Below the pieces are notes generated by a model. It was not told the origin of the DNA. It did no database searches and saw nothing but the letters and a program-made list of their open reading frames with translations. This document shows, piece by piece, positions 44,977-54,930 of a stretch of 64,000 bases of DNA. The translations under genes and the position numbers were made by a program. This DNA comes from a virus. Numbering within the stretch: the stretch's first letter is position 1; the number at the start of each line of letters is the position of its first letter. The stretch lies in the IMG/VR virus record IMGVR_UViG_3300009151_000031; one strand, written 5' to 3'.

Positions 44977-46277
44977 TGACAACATACGCCAACGTGGGCC
45001 ACGTACTATTAAAACGTGGTAATACAGCACAAAGTCGAGGTTACACAGGCCCATTGGGTGAACTAACTTACGATACAGATCTAGGCACAGTACGAGTACA
45101 TAATAATATTGTAGCTGGCGGTGTTAATATCTTAGCCACACAGGCACAAGTCAATTCGATCAATGCCAACCTGGCATCAGCAGTCAGCACAATTGGCAAC
45201 AGTATCAGCACCATCACCGGAATTGATGCTATTTTTGTTGCCAACATTAATACGTTGTTGGCCAATGCCGCTGTACAAAGTTTGGCCATTGGCAATTTAC
45301 AAGCGTTTCAGACTTATGCCAATGCCACATTTGGTACCAGTAACTTTGGCAATGCCAATGTTGCGGCATATTTAACTTCTAACCCACAGGGCGGGCAATA
45401 CAGCAACGCCAATGTGGCCAGTTACTTGCCAACTTATACTGGTAACATTACAACTGGAAACTTAACTGTAAGCAATCGCTCAATCAAATCTACTTACACC
45501 GTTCAATATCTTTTAGCAAGCGGTGGTGGTGGTGGCGGTAGTGGATATTATACTGGTGCATTTTATGGTTCAGCACCCGGCGGTTCAGGTGGAGCAGGTG
45601 GAGTATTAACTGGAACTACACAATTTACATCTGGCTTAACTTATAATGTTGTAGTTGGCACAGGCGGTACTGGCGGAGTATGGGGCACAAATAATGGCAA
45701 TGCCACTAGTGGTAATGTAACTTACATTTCGGAACCTACAACATTAGCAAATATTATAGCATATTCTGGCGGGTATGGCGGAGGTGCTGGACAAAATGGT
45801 GGTGCTGGCTCTGCCGGCGGCGGCGGTGGAGCTGGAACATCACCTAACGGCACAGGTGACACAGTTACAACTGGTGGATCAGCAAATAATTATTTTGTTA
45901 GTTCTTCATACACAACACAAGGTACAGCAGGCGGATCTGGTAATAGAACAATGGACGCGGGTGGCGGCGGTGGCGTTAATGTGTCTTTGAGTATAGGCAA
46001 TGTTACAGCAACGTACGGCACAGGTGCAAGTGTAAGTAGAGCATATTCTGGTAACGGAGTTAACGCCACACCAAATACTGGTAATGGTGGGGGCGGGGGC
46101 GGGCAAGTATCTGCTTCAAATAATCAAATTGGTGGCAACGGCGCATCCGGTGTAGTATACATCACCTACTGTAGTCTAACACAACTAGGTACCGGCGGCA
46201 ACACTTGGTCCTACACACAAAACGGTTATACATACTGGATGCACCAATTTACTGCCAACGGAACTTACGTAGCCTAA
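44976..46277 (+). CDS. Tail fibre-like protein with Mtd-N-like head and Gly-rich domain
   Basis: LLKRGN...GELTYDTD..TVRVH; ASGGGGG, GGSGGAGGV, GASGVVYI, HQFTANGT. Confidence 0.65.
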   Translation: MTTYANVGHVLLKRGNTAQSRGYTGPLGELTYDTDLGTVRVHNNIVAGGVNILATQAQVNSINANLASAVSTIGNSISTITGIDAIFVANINTLLANAAVQSLAIGNLQAFQTYANATFGTSNFGNANVAAYLTSNPQGGQYSNANVASYLPTYTGNITTGNLTVSNRSIKSTYTVQYLLASGGGGGGSGYYTGAFYGSAPGGSGGAGGVLTGTTQFTSGLTYNVVVGTGGTGGVWGTNNGNATSGNVTYISEPTTLANIIAYSGGYGGGAGQNGGAGSAGGGGGAGTSPNGTGDTVTTGGSANNYFVSSSYTTQGTAGGSGNRTMDAGGGGGVNVSLSIGNVTATYGTGASVSRAYSGNGVNATPNTGNGGGGGGQVSASNNQIGGNGASGVVYITYCSLTQLGTGGNTWSYTQNGYTYWMHQFTANGTYVA

Positions 46278-46281
46278 TCTG

Positions 46282-46310
46282 TTGACTTAACCAAAAACAT
46301 CCTGTATAAT
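46282..46310 (+). promoter_or_regulatory. sigma70 promoter of primase-helicase (leaderless)
   Basis: TTGACT-17-TATAAT, ATG 7 nt downstream. Confidence 0.8.
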
Positions 46311-46317
46311 TTACAGA

Positions 46318-47352
46318 ATGTTGAACTCTATTCGCGACGCCGTAACTCAAATATTACCGCACAAACGTAAAACTAATTCCGCTTCTGGCTGGATTAGTTT
46401 TAACGCACCCTGTTGTCAACACAACGGTGAATCAGCGGACACACGTGGTCGTGGTGGATTAGTAATGAACGCAGATGGTGGTGTTTCTTATCATTGTTTT
46501 AACTGCAACTTCAAAGCCAGTTATGTTCCAGGTCGTCCACTATATTATAAATTCCGTAAGTTACTAAGTTGGTTAGGTGCAGACGAAAATACAGTCAAAC
46601 GACTAGTTATAGATGCCATTCGCATACGTGAACTAGTATCACCAGAAACCCTGGTCGAAGTAGAAGAAGCAGAGCCCATAAACTTCAAGGCAAGACCATT
46701 GCCCGAAGAAGCACAAACATTTCACGCACTAAGCAATTTCTATGCATTAAATGATGATCGTGACGTGCCTGACGATTTTCATAACGCTGTGCTATACACA
46801 GCCAGTCGCAAACTTGATTTAAGTAAGTATGAGTTTTATTGGACTCCGGAAACACAATACAATTTACATAAACGAGTAATTGTTCCGTTTACTTGGCGGA
46901 ACCAAACAATAGGATACACAGCACGTGGTATATATGATACCATCAAGCCCAAGTATTACAACAGCCACGAACCTAACTATGTGTTCAACGTTGACCGACA
47001 GTTAAAAGATGCCAAGTTTGTTGTTGTAGTAGAAGGGCCATTTGATGCCATGGCCATTGATGGTGTTGCTATTTGTGGCAATGAGTGTAGTGAAATGCAA
47101 GCAGACATTATTGACAGTTTAGCACGTGAAGTTATTGTTGTACCTGATGCAGACCGGGCAGGTGCTCGGTTAGTAGACCGTGCTATCGAATTTGGTTGGA
47201 GTGTAAGTTTTCCTGAATGGCAACAACGGCACAAAGACGTAGGAAGCGCAGTAGAAGAATTTGGCAAGTTATTTGTTTTAAAGAGCATTATCGAAGCTAG
47301 ACAGTCGAGCAAATTAAAAATTGAGTTACGTAAAAAAAGAATATATAATTAA
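46318..47352 (+). CDS. DNA primase (gp61/DnaG-like)
   Basis: Zn ribbon CC..YHCFNC, TOPRIM VEGPFDA, VPDADRAG, KDV. Confidence 0.88.
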   Translation: MLNSIRDAVTQILPHKRKTNSASGWISFNAPCCQHNGESADTRGRGGLVMNADGGVSYHCFNCNFKASYVPGRPLYYKFRKLLSWLGADENTVKRLVIDAIRIRELVSPETLVEVEEAEPINFKARPLPEEAQTFHALSNFYALNDDRDVPDDFHNAVLYTASRKLDLSKYEFYWTPETQYNLHKRVIVPFTWRNQTIGYTARGIYDTIKPKYYNSHEPNYVFNVDRQLKDAKFVVVVEGPFDAMAIDGVAICGNECSEMQADIIDSLAREVIVVPDADRAGARLVDRAIEFGWSVSFPEWQQRHKDVGSAVEEFGKLFVLKSIIEARQSSKLKIELRKKRIYN

Positions 47353-47354
47353 CT

Positions 47355-48800
47355 ATGGCAAAAGAATACAACACCGATATACAAAAACTATTTTTAGAAA
47401 TGATGATGCAGGATGCTACTAGTTACATCCGTGTTCAAAATATCTATAACCCAGAAAACTTTGATCGCAGTTTGCGTGATACCGCAAAGTTCATACAAGA
47501 ACATAGTGCGACGCATAAAACACTACCCACATACGAACAAATTAAGGCAGTAACTGGCGTAGAACTTAAACCAATCCCAGATGCTGTTGAAGGGCATCAA
47601 GAATGGTTTATGAATGAGTTTGAAGGATTTAGCCGTAAGGAAGAACTATCACGTGCTATTCTTAAAGCCGCAGACTTGTTAGAAGAAGGCGACTACGATC
47701 CTGTAGAAAAGCTAATCAAAGATGCAGTACAAATATCATTAACCAAAGACATGGGTACAGATTACTTTGGTGATCCAAGAGCACGTATTGACCGATATTT
47801 TAACTCTGGTGGACAAGTAAGCACAGGCTGGCCCACTATGGATAAGATCTTGTACGGAGGTATGAGCCGTGGTGAACTTAATATTTTTGCCGGTGGATCG
47901 GGATCGGGCAAATCGCTTGTCATGATGAACAAAGCATTGAGTTGGTTACAAGCAGGACTCAGTGGCGCATATATAACACTAGAACTAAGTGAAGAACTAT
48001 GTAGTTTGCGTACAGATGCTATGCTAACAGGTATGGGTACAAAAGAAATCCGCAAGGACATTGATACCACTGAACTTAAAGTTAAGATGGTATCTAAAAA
48101 AGCCGGGCAATATCGTGTTAAGGGATTTCCGGCACAAAGTAACATCAATGATATTCGTGCATACTTGAAAGAAGTACAAATACAAACAGGTATTAAGATT
48201 GACTTTGTTATGGTTGACTACTTAGACTTGTTAATGCCAGTGTCAGTTAAAGTTAATCCCAATGATCAGTTTATCAAAGACAAATACGTAGCAGAAGAAT
48301 TGCGTAACTTGGCTAAAGAACTTAATGTATTGTTGGTAACAGCAAGTCAGTTAAATCGTAGTGCTGTTGAAGAAATTGAATTTGATCACAGTCACATTGC
48401 TGGTGGTATTAGTAAAATTAATACAGCAGATAACGTGTTTGGTATCTTTACAAGCCGGGCAATGAAAGAACGTGGGCGTTATCAAATACAATGTATGAAG
48501 TCACGTAGTAGTACAGGTGTTGGTATGAAGATTGATCTAGAATACAACATTGAAACTATGCGTATTACTGATCCGGGCGAAGACGGACAGGATAGTAATA
48601 CAGGTGGCTACGGTAAACCTGCTACTAGTATCTTGAATCAAATTAAAACTAACAGTACTGTTACAGAGTCTAAACCCTGGGCAAGACCGCAGGCAAAAGA
48701 AGGATTTGATTTAGAAGCGCCACAAGCTACTCCGGGCAGTAGCGTAGAAAGCACAAAACTCAAGCAAATGCTATCAGCTCTAAAAGCCAAATCTGAATAA
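47355..48800 (+). CDS. Replicative helicase (gp41/DnaB-like)
   Basis: AGGSGSGKS, ITLELSE, VDYLDL, TASQLNR, MKSRSS. Confidence 0.9.
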   Translation: MAKEYNTDIQKLFLEMMMQDATSYIRVQNIYNPENFDRSLRDTAKFIQEHSATHKTLPTYEQIKAVTGVELKPIPDAVEGHQEWFMNEFEGFSRKEELSRAILKAADLLEEGDYDPVEKLIKDAVQISLTKDMGTDYFGDPRARIDRYFNSGGQVSTGWPTMDKILYGGMSRGELNIFAGGSGSGKSLVMMNKALSWLQAGLSGAYITLELSEELCSLRTDAMLTGMGTKEIRKDIDTTELKVKMVSKKAGQYRVKGFPAQSNINDIRAYLKEVQIQTGIKIDFVMVDYLDLLMPVSVKVNPNDQFIKDKYVAEELRNLAKELNVLLVTASQLNRSAVEEIEFDHSHIAGGISKINTADNVFGIFTSRAMKERGRYQIQCMKSRSSTGVGMKIDLEYNIETMRITDPGEDGQDSNTGGYGKPATSILNQIKTNSTVTESKPWARPQAKEGFDLEAPQATPGSSVESTKLKQMLSALKAKSE

Positions 48801-48835
48801 CACTTCCATAAATATAACATAAACTGGAGCATACT

Positions 48836-49078
48836 TTGCAAAAGAAGGCCCGTAGCATTTTAGACGAATTAGACACGTTGCTAGTACACAAAGATCGTGA
48901 GAATCTTGTGGAGAGCCGTGCCACCCATGTTATACAGGGTGCAATTAATCTAATCAACTATATTCGTGAAAACTATGATGCCGACGCCGCAGGAGAGCTG
49001 GAACGCCGCTTGATCAATTCAATCCGCACCCAAGAGCCAGAGAAATTCAAGCGTGGTGTTAGGAGAATGAAGCAATGA
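48836..49078 (+). CDS. Late hypothetical protein
   Basis: ATAAATA near 48808, RBS GGAG, TTG start. Confidence 0.65.
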   Translation: MQKKARSILDELDTLLVHKDRENLVESRATHVIQGAINLINYIRENYDADAAGELERRLINSIRTQEPEKFKRGVRRMKQ

Positions 49079-49824
49079 AAATTAATGAAGTAATCCAAGA
49101 AGGTATAGGTAATTGGGCTAAAGGCTGGGGCAAGGTTGGCAATAATTTAGCTAAAAGTGCATTTGGCATGGATCGTAATGACACCTGGACTGGCGAGAAT
49201 GGATTGGTCCCAGGCGTAGGAAGATATAAAACCAATCGAGCACAAGCGGCCGCAAATGCACAGCCAACGGCTACCCCTGCTAGTACTACACCCCCAGAAC
49301 AAACAGCACCCGAGCCAGAAGAAGTAACAGGTAAAAATGTACCAAAACTAGTAAAACTAAAAAGCGGAAGAGAAGGTGTTCAATTTCAAGGTAAAATTTA
49401 TGTTACCGGAGATGATGGGCGTTGGGTAGTTTTTGGTAGCAATAAGCCCGTTGGCACAGATTTACAAGCCGAGTTTGATAGCCTAATAGGTTACAAAAAT
49501 ACAGGAGGTGCTAATACGCCTCCTCCACCACAACCAGCGGCATCATCACCTGCACAGCAACAAACATCAACCGAGCCTGATGTGGGGTCTGATGTGGAGC
49601 CCGAATCAGACCCTGCTCCTACCACACCACCCCCAACCGCTAAAGCTAGAATTTCTAGAAAACCAGATGGTAGTGTAACAATAACTGATAAAAATGGTCA
49701 AGCATGGACTAAACCTGCTGACAAAGATTACTGGTCTGATGGCAAGGGAATCTTTATGCCTGGCAGTGAACAGTACAACGCATTAACTAATTTTAATCAA
49801 AATCTTAAAGAAGCAGGCCTATAA
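49075..49824 (+). CDS. Pro-rich probable internal head protein
   Basis: MKINEVIQEG N-terminus, Pro/Thr linkers. Confidence 0.5.
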   Translation: MKINEVIQEGIGNWAKGWGKVGNNLAKSAFGMDRNDTWTGENGLVPGVGRYKTNRAQAAANAQPTATPASTTPPEQTAPEPEEVTGKNVPKLVKLKSGREGVQFQGKIYVTGDDGRWVVFGSNKPVGTDLQAEFDSLIGYKNTGGANTPPPPQPAASSPAQQQTSTEPDVGSDVEPESDPAPTTPPPTAKARISRKPDGSVTITDKNGQAWTKPADKDYWSDGKGIFMPGSEQYNALTNFNQNLKEAGL

Positions 49825-50591
49825 TGTATCTGTATGAAGGCGGAAACGTATTTGACAACACCAGTGATGTAGCAAAAGAAAATGTTGCCGCAGTAATAGA
49901 CACGATTCGCAGAGAACTACCAAGCGGATTACAAAAGAAAATTATAGCAGACATTGGCTCTGCTGGATACAAAGTTCAATCCGGAGATATTGATTTATTT
50001 TTAGATCAAGTCGCTACTGTGAAGAACTTTGGTGTGGCTGATGAAAAGCAAGCTAAACAGGCACTAGCACAATATTTCCAAGCAAAAGGTTATGCAGTTA
50101 AAGTAATGGGTCGTAACGTTCACGTTGATGTTCCTTACAAAGGCGCAGACGGAAAAACATTGTACGCTCAAGTTGACGTAATGATTATTCCTAATGCCAG
50201 GGGAGTTGCTGATTGGCATCAACATGGCCCACGTGGTATGTACGATGATCCTAAGTTTAAAGGCGCCCATTTGTTTATGTTATTAAACAGCATTGGCAAA
50301 GCATTGGGTGTTAAGGTAGATGCATTTGGCGGTACTGTTATACGTCGAGATGATAATACAGTAGTTGCTGACAATCGTGAAGATGCCGCAAAACTGTTGT
50401 TAAACCCAGGCGCACATGCCGCCGACTTAAATTCTGTTGCTACAGTAATGGCCGCATTGGCCAACGATCCGGACAAAGAAGCTAAACTAGCACAAGCACG
50501 TCAAGACCAACAAAAAGGTTTGTTAACATTACCCGAAGACATTGCACCAGGCACAGCCGCTTGGTTCCGTAAACTAGGACACAATCTGTGA
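49824..50591 (+). CDS. Pol-beta-superfamily nucleotidyltransferase-like late protein
   Basis: IGSAG...SGDIDLFLD, QVDVM; N-terminus MYLYEGG. Confidence 0.55.
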   Translation: MYLYEGGNVFDNTSDVAKENVAAVIDTIRRELPSGLQKKIIADIGSAGYKVQSGDIDLFLDQVATVKNFGVADEKQAKQALAQYFQAKGYAVKVMGRNVHVDVPYKGADGKTLYAQVDVMIIPNARGVADWHQHGPRGMYDDPKFKGAHLFMLLNSIGKALGVKVDAFGGTVIRRDDNTVVADNREDAAKLLLNPGAHAADLNSVATVMAALANDPDKEAKLAQARQDQQKGLLTLPEDIAPGTAAWFRKLGHNL

Positions 50592-51679
50592 GATTAGATT
50601 TTATCAATAACATTCTTGTAGAAGCACGAGCAGGTGCCCAACCTCATCCAGAGGACAGCATATTTGATGGTGCACAGGCCGCAACACAAGCTCTACAAAG
50701 TTTACAATACGTTATTAAGAATCCTGGTAGTGTAACTATTAAATGGGATGGCTTCCCTGCATTGATATTTGGTCGTGTTAGAGATGGTCGTTTTACTGTA
50801 CAAGACAAATATATGTTTGACGCTAAGTTTTTTGCCGATAGCCCGGCCAATTGGCAAGAGTACGATAGTAAAAAAGCGTCAGGTAAACTACGTCCCGATT
50901 TATATTCTAAATTGGCAAATATTTGGAAGGGACTTGAAGCCGCAGTAGGTAGCAGTACTGGTTTCTTTTGGGGCGACTTGCTGTGGTGGGAACAACTACC
51001 GGAACAAAATGGTATGTATGCGTTTAAGCCGAACGTGGTAGAGTATCGCATACCAGCTAATACTCCGCTAGGTCAAAAAATTGGTAAAAGTGTAGGTGGT
51101 GTGGTAGTACACCAATTCTTTGCCGATGATGGCGCCTCACCACAACAATGGAACGGCAAAGGACTCAACACCGACGGCGCTGTAGTTATACTGACCCCAA
51201 GTGCAGGAGTTGCATTTAAGTTAAATGATCCTGTACAGTTGACCAAAGCCGCAAGCCGAGCAGTCTCACAGTACGGACAAACAGCTGAAAGTTTCTTGAC
51301 AGAACTTCCTGGTGTTGTTCGTCAAGCAATGCAAAAGTATTGTAACAAAAAAATCACAGGACAAACCGCAGAAGAACTAGGCCCGTGGTTGCAAAAGAAC
51401 GTTAGTGCCAAACAGTTCAACTTCTTGGTTGGTACAGAAGGACAAGACGGATATTTGGTACGTGAACAAAAGGGGTTGAATGCTCTATTTACTATATGGA
51501 ACAGTTTGTATGCTCTCAAAGTTAACCTAGCAGATCAGCTAGAAAAACAAGTGCAAGGAATTGAGCAATCAGTTAACGGCAAACCTGCTGGTGAAGGATT
51601 TGTATTCAATACCCCAACTGGCCTAGTAAAACTAGTAAACCGCGGAACATTTAGCGCGGCTTTGTTCGCTAAAGAGTAA
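50588..51679 (+). CDS. ATP-dependent ligase-fold (RNA ligase-like) late protein
   Basis: TIKWDG (KxDG), WGDLL, GEGFVF, VKLVNR. Confidence 0.55.
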   Translation: MRLDFINNILVEARAGAQPHPEDSIFDGAQAATQALQSLQYVIKNPGSVTIKWDGFPALIFGRVRDGRFTVQDKYMFDAKFFADSPANWQEYDSKKASGKLRPDLYSKLANIWKGLEAAVGSSTGFFWGDLLWWEQLPEQNGMYAFKPNVVEYRIPANTPLGQKIGKSVGGVVVHQFFADDGASPQQWNGKGLNTDGAVVILTPSAGVAFKLNDPVQLTKAASRAVSQYGQTAESFLTELPGVVRQAMQKYCNKKITGQTAEELGPWLQKNVSAKQFNFLVGTEGQDGYLVREQKGLNALFTIWNSLYALKVNLADQLEKQVQGIEQSVNGKPAGEGFVFNTPTGLVKLVNRGTFSAALFAKE

Positions 51680-51752
51680 TAACACACCATTTTCCTCCAG
51701 TTTGTATAAATAACTGTATGCAGAGATGCACATATATTAAGGAGATTTAAAA

Positions 51753-52157
51753 ATGGCAATCCAAACACGTTACGCAGGTGATGCAACAGGTATCAACAAC
51801 GTTGATGCAAAATATGATGGTACATTAGCTACTATTATCGCTACAGGTTTAACAAAGAACCCAACAGCACTAAAGATTACTGGTTTCGGTACTTTCTCAG
51901 CCACTGAGAGCGGTACAGGCGGTCCAGTAGAAGCAATTCTACGTTCAATCGCTATCGATTCTACAATCGTTATGTATCAAGTTGATACTACACAGGTCAG
52001 CGTTTTAGTTGAAGCTACTGGCGCAACTACAGCACAGATCCAAACTCGTCTACAAACTTTAAATGGCGGAGCCGTTGGTAACATTGGCTTGGCAGCAAAC
52101 ATTTATAGCGGTCCAGGCGTTGCATGTGTTAGCACAGGCGGTTTCAAACTAGCTTAA
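51753..52157 (+). CDS. Probable virion structural protein
   Basis: TATAAATA at 51704-51711, strong RBS AAGGAGA, Ala/Thr/Gly-rich, followed by terminator. Confidence 0.6.
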   Translation: MAIQTRYAGDATGINNVDAKYDGTLATIIATGLTKNPTALKITGFGTFSATESGTGGPVEAILRSIAIDSTIVMYQVDTTQVSVLVEATGATTAQIQTRLQTLNGGAVGNIGLAANIYSGPGVACVSTGGFKLA

Positions 52158-52174
52158 TAGTTTTTAAAACTAAC

Positions 52175-52202
52175 AAAAAGGCAACTTTATGTTGCCTTTT
52201 TT
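52175..52202 (+). terminator. Rho-independent terminator
   Basis: AAAAAGGCAAC-TTTAT-GTTGCCTTTTTT. Confidence 0.85.
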
Positions 52203-52225
52203 GTTGGCCACTAAATACGTATATC

Positions 52226-52657
52226 ATGTCCAGCACTAATATACATCTATACCAAGGGTTCAGTCTAATAGACATTACCGCCACAGGTGTAATACGTGGA
52301 CAGGATGCCGACGCTGTTGATCGTAACCAACAACGTAATTGGGAAACAGTTATACAATGCATGGGACTAAGAACACAGCCACAGAACATACAACCACCTT
52401 CACAAATTGATGTGGGACTCGACCAATTGGAATTTGGTGATTTTTATTCAGGCATACAACGAGTCTGGACGTGGACCTGGACTGTGGAAAGTGCTGGTGT
52501 GTATGATACCGACCGACCACTGAGCGGACTACTGCAAGATTTTGAACAAGTACCTGTTATAACTGGATTAACTGAAACCGCTCGATTTATGCTACCCATA
52601 TTTTATCCATATGGTTCCATTAAAAACGTTTATTTCAAAGAGATTAAGCCAAGCTAA
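52226..52657 (+). CDS. Late hypothetical protein
   Basis: TAAATA upstream; QQRNWETVIQ..GLRTQP. Confidence 0.7.
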   Translation: MSSTNIHLYQGFSLIDITATGVIRGQDADAVDRNQQRNWETVIQCMGLRTQPQNIQPPSQIDVGLDQLEFGDFYSGIQRVWTWTWTVESAGVYDTDRPLSGLLQDFEQVPVITGLTETARFMLPIFYPYGSIKNVYFKEIKPS

Positions 52658-52756
52658 ATAGTAACATAGATGCTACAAGGCAATTATTAAGGCTCATATC
52701 AAGGCACACACAGGCTCAAAAAATAATGCATCGCTAATATGAAAGCGACTGGATAA

Positions 52757-53020
52757 ATGTCCACTACAACAGATATAGAAAAGAAGAGTCTTGAAGCTCA
52801 CGTAGAACTTTGCGCGGAAAGATACTCTAACTTGGAAACAAAATTAAACAACCTAGACAATCGTATGGATAAACTAGAAGGTCACATTGTTGACATCAAA
52901 GATAGCCTAACTAAAAATGGCGGAGAAAGTAACAAAACTATTATTACCATTGGCACATCAATATTTGTGGCACTACTAACGGCAGTTCTAGGTATAGTGG
53001 TACATTTAGCAAACAGATGA
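52757..53020 (+). CDS. Coiled-coil protein with C-terminal TM helix (XhlA/holin-like)
   Basis: LETKLNNLDNRMDKLE heptads; IITIGTSIFVALLTAVLGIVV. Confidence 0.6.
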   Translation: MSTTTDIEKKSLEAHVELCAERYSNLETKLNNLDNRMDKLEGHIVDIKDSLTKNGGESNKTIITIGTSIFVALLTAVLGIVVHLANR

Positions 53021-53226
53021 AAATAGTAGAATTATTAAGCAAAATACAAGTTGCTATAACAAACGAACAAGCCGATCTACTTGGCCGCTTTCAACATGAG
53101 CCAAGTATAGTAAAGAACAAACTCGATGAACGAGAGCAAGTAATTGCAAATCAATTAACACAGCAGGACATCCTGTTGCGCCGTAATGAAAATGGCCAAA
53201 TCACATACACGAAAAAAATCCAATAA
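53017..53226 (+). CDS. Small late hypothetical protein
   Basis: ATGA overlap; MKIVELL. Confidence 0.7.
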   Translation: MKIVELLSKIQVAITNEQADLLGRFQHEPSIVKNKLDEREQVIANQLTQQDILLRRNENGQITYTKKIQ

Positions 53227-53722
53227 TCTGGAACCCAAAGAAGTAAGAGCAATATCTAACGCCGCAACGGACTACATTAAACAGTGGACTAATCGTGAGT
53301 TAGGTAAGATTCAGCAAGAACGTACAAGCCCGTTATGTATACCTGTAAAAAATGGGTATCGTATTGGGCTTTATAGTTTAAAAGTTTATCCAAATAAAAC
53401 TTGTGATGTAACAAATCCCACTGGTGATTTTGTACATCGATTTGATACCAAAATTAGTGCTATACTATACACAATTTACACTATCAAGAATAGATTGTTT
53501 AACGCAGACGAAATCCTTACGTGCGATAAGGAAATAAATAAGTGTTATACAGACATGTTGTCATTGCGTAATACTGTAGAAAAAGCAAGACAGCGCCAGG
53601 ACTATGTAACAGTTGATACTAGGATGCCTAGGTTGGAGATAGCTGAATCTAGGCTAAATCTTGCCCGGGATAAAATATCAAAATTACAAAGAACTGCTAA
53701 ATACTACAAGATATGGGAATAA
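53186..53722 (+). CDS. Hypothetical protein
   Basis: Operon continuity. Confidence 0.65.
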   Translation: MKMAKSHTRKKSNNLEPKEVRAISNAATDYIKQWTNRELGKIQQERTSPLCIPVKNGYRIGLYSLKVYPNKTCDVTNPTGDFVHRFDTKISAILYTIYTIKNRLFNADEILTCDKEINKCYTDMLSLRNTVEKARQRQDYVTVDTRMPRLEIAESRLNLARDKISKLQRTAKYYKIWE

Positions 53723-53728
53723 TACATC

Positions 53729-54415
53729 ATGAGACTTTCTGAAATGCGAACCGAAGTAACACCACAAAAGATTAACAAAGTTATGGAAAGCCGCTTTGGT
53801 TTTACCATTGACTATGATAACTTAACTTACGCTAAAGCGCAACGCTTGAGTAAAGCTCTTGGTGAGAACATCACACAAATTAAAAAATCCTTTGGCGCAC
53901 ACACCGCTGAAAAGAATGGCAAGTATATGGAACTTATGCTTGTTAAAGAAGGCCTAGACAAATGGATGGGCTCTGAACAAGGTTTGTTTGAATCTGAAAT
54001 GGGTCGTAGCGAAGCTGTTCTAGCCGCTAAAGACATTGTTGACAGTATTCAAGACATGCTAGAAAAAATCAGCAAAGTACAGAACGAACAAGTTCCTGCA
54101 CTAATTGATACTATTCGTGACCAAATTGGTAGCGAACAGGCAGAAGCATTTAAAGGTGCTATTAGTCCAACACTAGCAGAACTATACACAGCATTGAGTC
54201 AAGCACGTGAAACAAGCGACACATCAGTTCGAGTACTAAGTGGTGAACAGCCACCAGCTACAGATATGAACTTGGGTGGTGCTCCTGATGCAATGGGTGG
54301 TGCTCCTGAAAGCGATATGGATAGTGACTTAGGTGCTCCTCCAGAAACTGATGGATTTGATGCTACCGATGCCGCAGTTGGCGGTGAAGAAGAACTAGGA
54401 CGCGAACGTCGTTAA
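53729..54415 (+). CDS. Possible prohead core/scaffold-like protein
   Basis: MRLSEM start, helical body, acidic Gly/Pro tail ending GRERR. Confidence 0.45.
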   Translation: MRLSEMRTEVTPQKINKVMESRFGFTIDYDNLTYAKAQRLSKALGENITQIKKSFGAHTAEKNGKYMELMLVKEGLDKWMGSEQGLFESEMGRSEAVLAAKDIVDSIQDMLEKISKVQNEQVPALIDTIRDQIGSEQAEAFKGAISPTLAELYTALSQARETSDTSVRVLSGEQPPATDMNLGGAPDAMGGAPESDMDSDLGAPPETDGFDATDAAVGGEEELGRERR

Positions 54416-54416
54416 T

Positions 54417-54869
54417 ATGCGTATTACTGAAATCATTCGTGAAGATTTAGGTCAACCTCCTACACAAGGACCCGACCCGGGTGCTGAACCCAATCATAAC
54501 GATAAAGCTGACGCCCACGGTTACAATGACATTATGAATGCTCTTGCAACCACGCAAAGTCAGTTGGCATTTACACACGCAATACCAAGAGAAGAAGCCG
54601 CCAAGGTAGTTGCCATGGTCAACGCACAACGTGGCGACAACTCTTTCCGTTGGACAGATTTAAATGACGCAATCAAATCTGGACAATTTAAAGATGTAGT
54701 AGAAAAAATTGAACCAGACGAAAAAACTGGTGTAAATTATGTCTACTTTGTAACACCAGAGACACAAGTACAGTCTACCGTAGATGGTGGCGGCGCAGGT
54801 GCTGGTGGCAGTCCAAAAGATTCCGGTAAAGTCGTTAGCCAAATGGCCAAACGTGCCGCCGGTGCTTAA
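54417..54869 (+). CDS. Probable internal head protein
   Basis: MRITEIIRE start; ends KVVSQMAKRAAGA. Confidence 0.5.
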   Translation: MRITEIIREDLGQPPTQGPDPGAEPNHNDKADAHGYNDIMNALATTQSQLAFTHAIPREEAAKVVAMVNAQRGDNSFRWTDLNDAIKSGQFKDVVEKIEPDEKTGVNYVYFVTPETQVQSTVDGGGAGAGGSPKDSGKVVSQMAKRAAGA

Positions 54870-54883
54870 TCCAAAAACTCCCA

Positions 54884-54918
54884 TTGACATACTGTGATTA
54901 ATACGCTATAATAGCGTA
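54884..54918 (+). promoter_or_regulatory. sigma70 promoter of iscU-iscA with palindrome over -10
   Basis: TTGACA-17-TATAAT; TACGCTAT-A-ATAGCGTA at 54902-54918. Confidence 0.75.
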
Positions 54919-54930
54919 AGGAACATAGTT

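Noticed and set aside
45520-46150. GGT/GGC-rich tandem repeats
   Set aside because: Explained by the Gly-rich coding domain of the tail fibre-like protein
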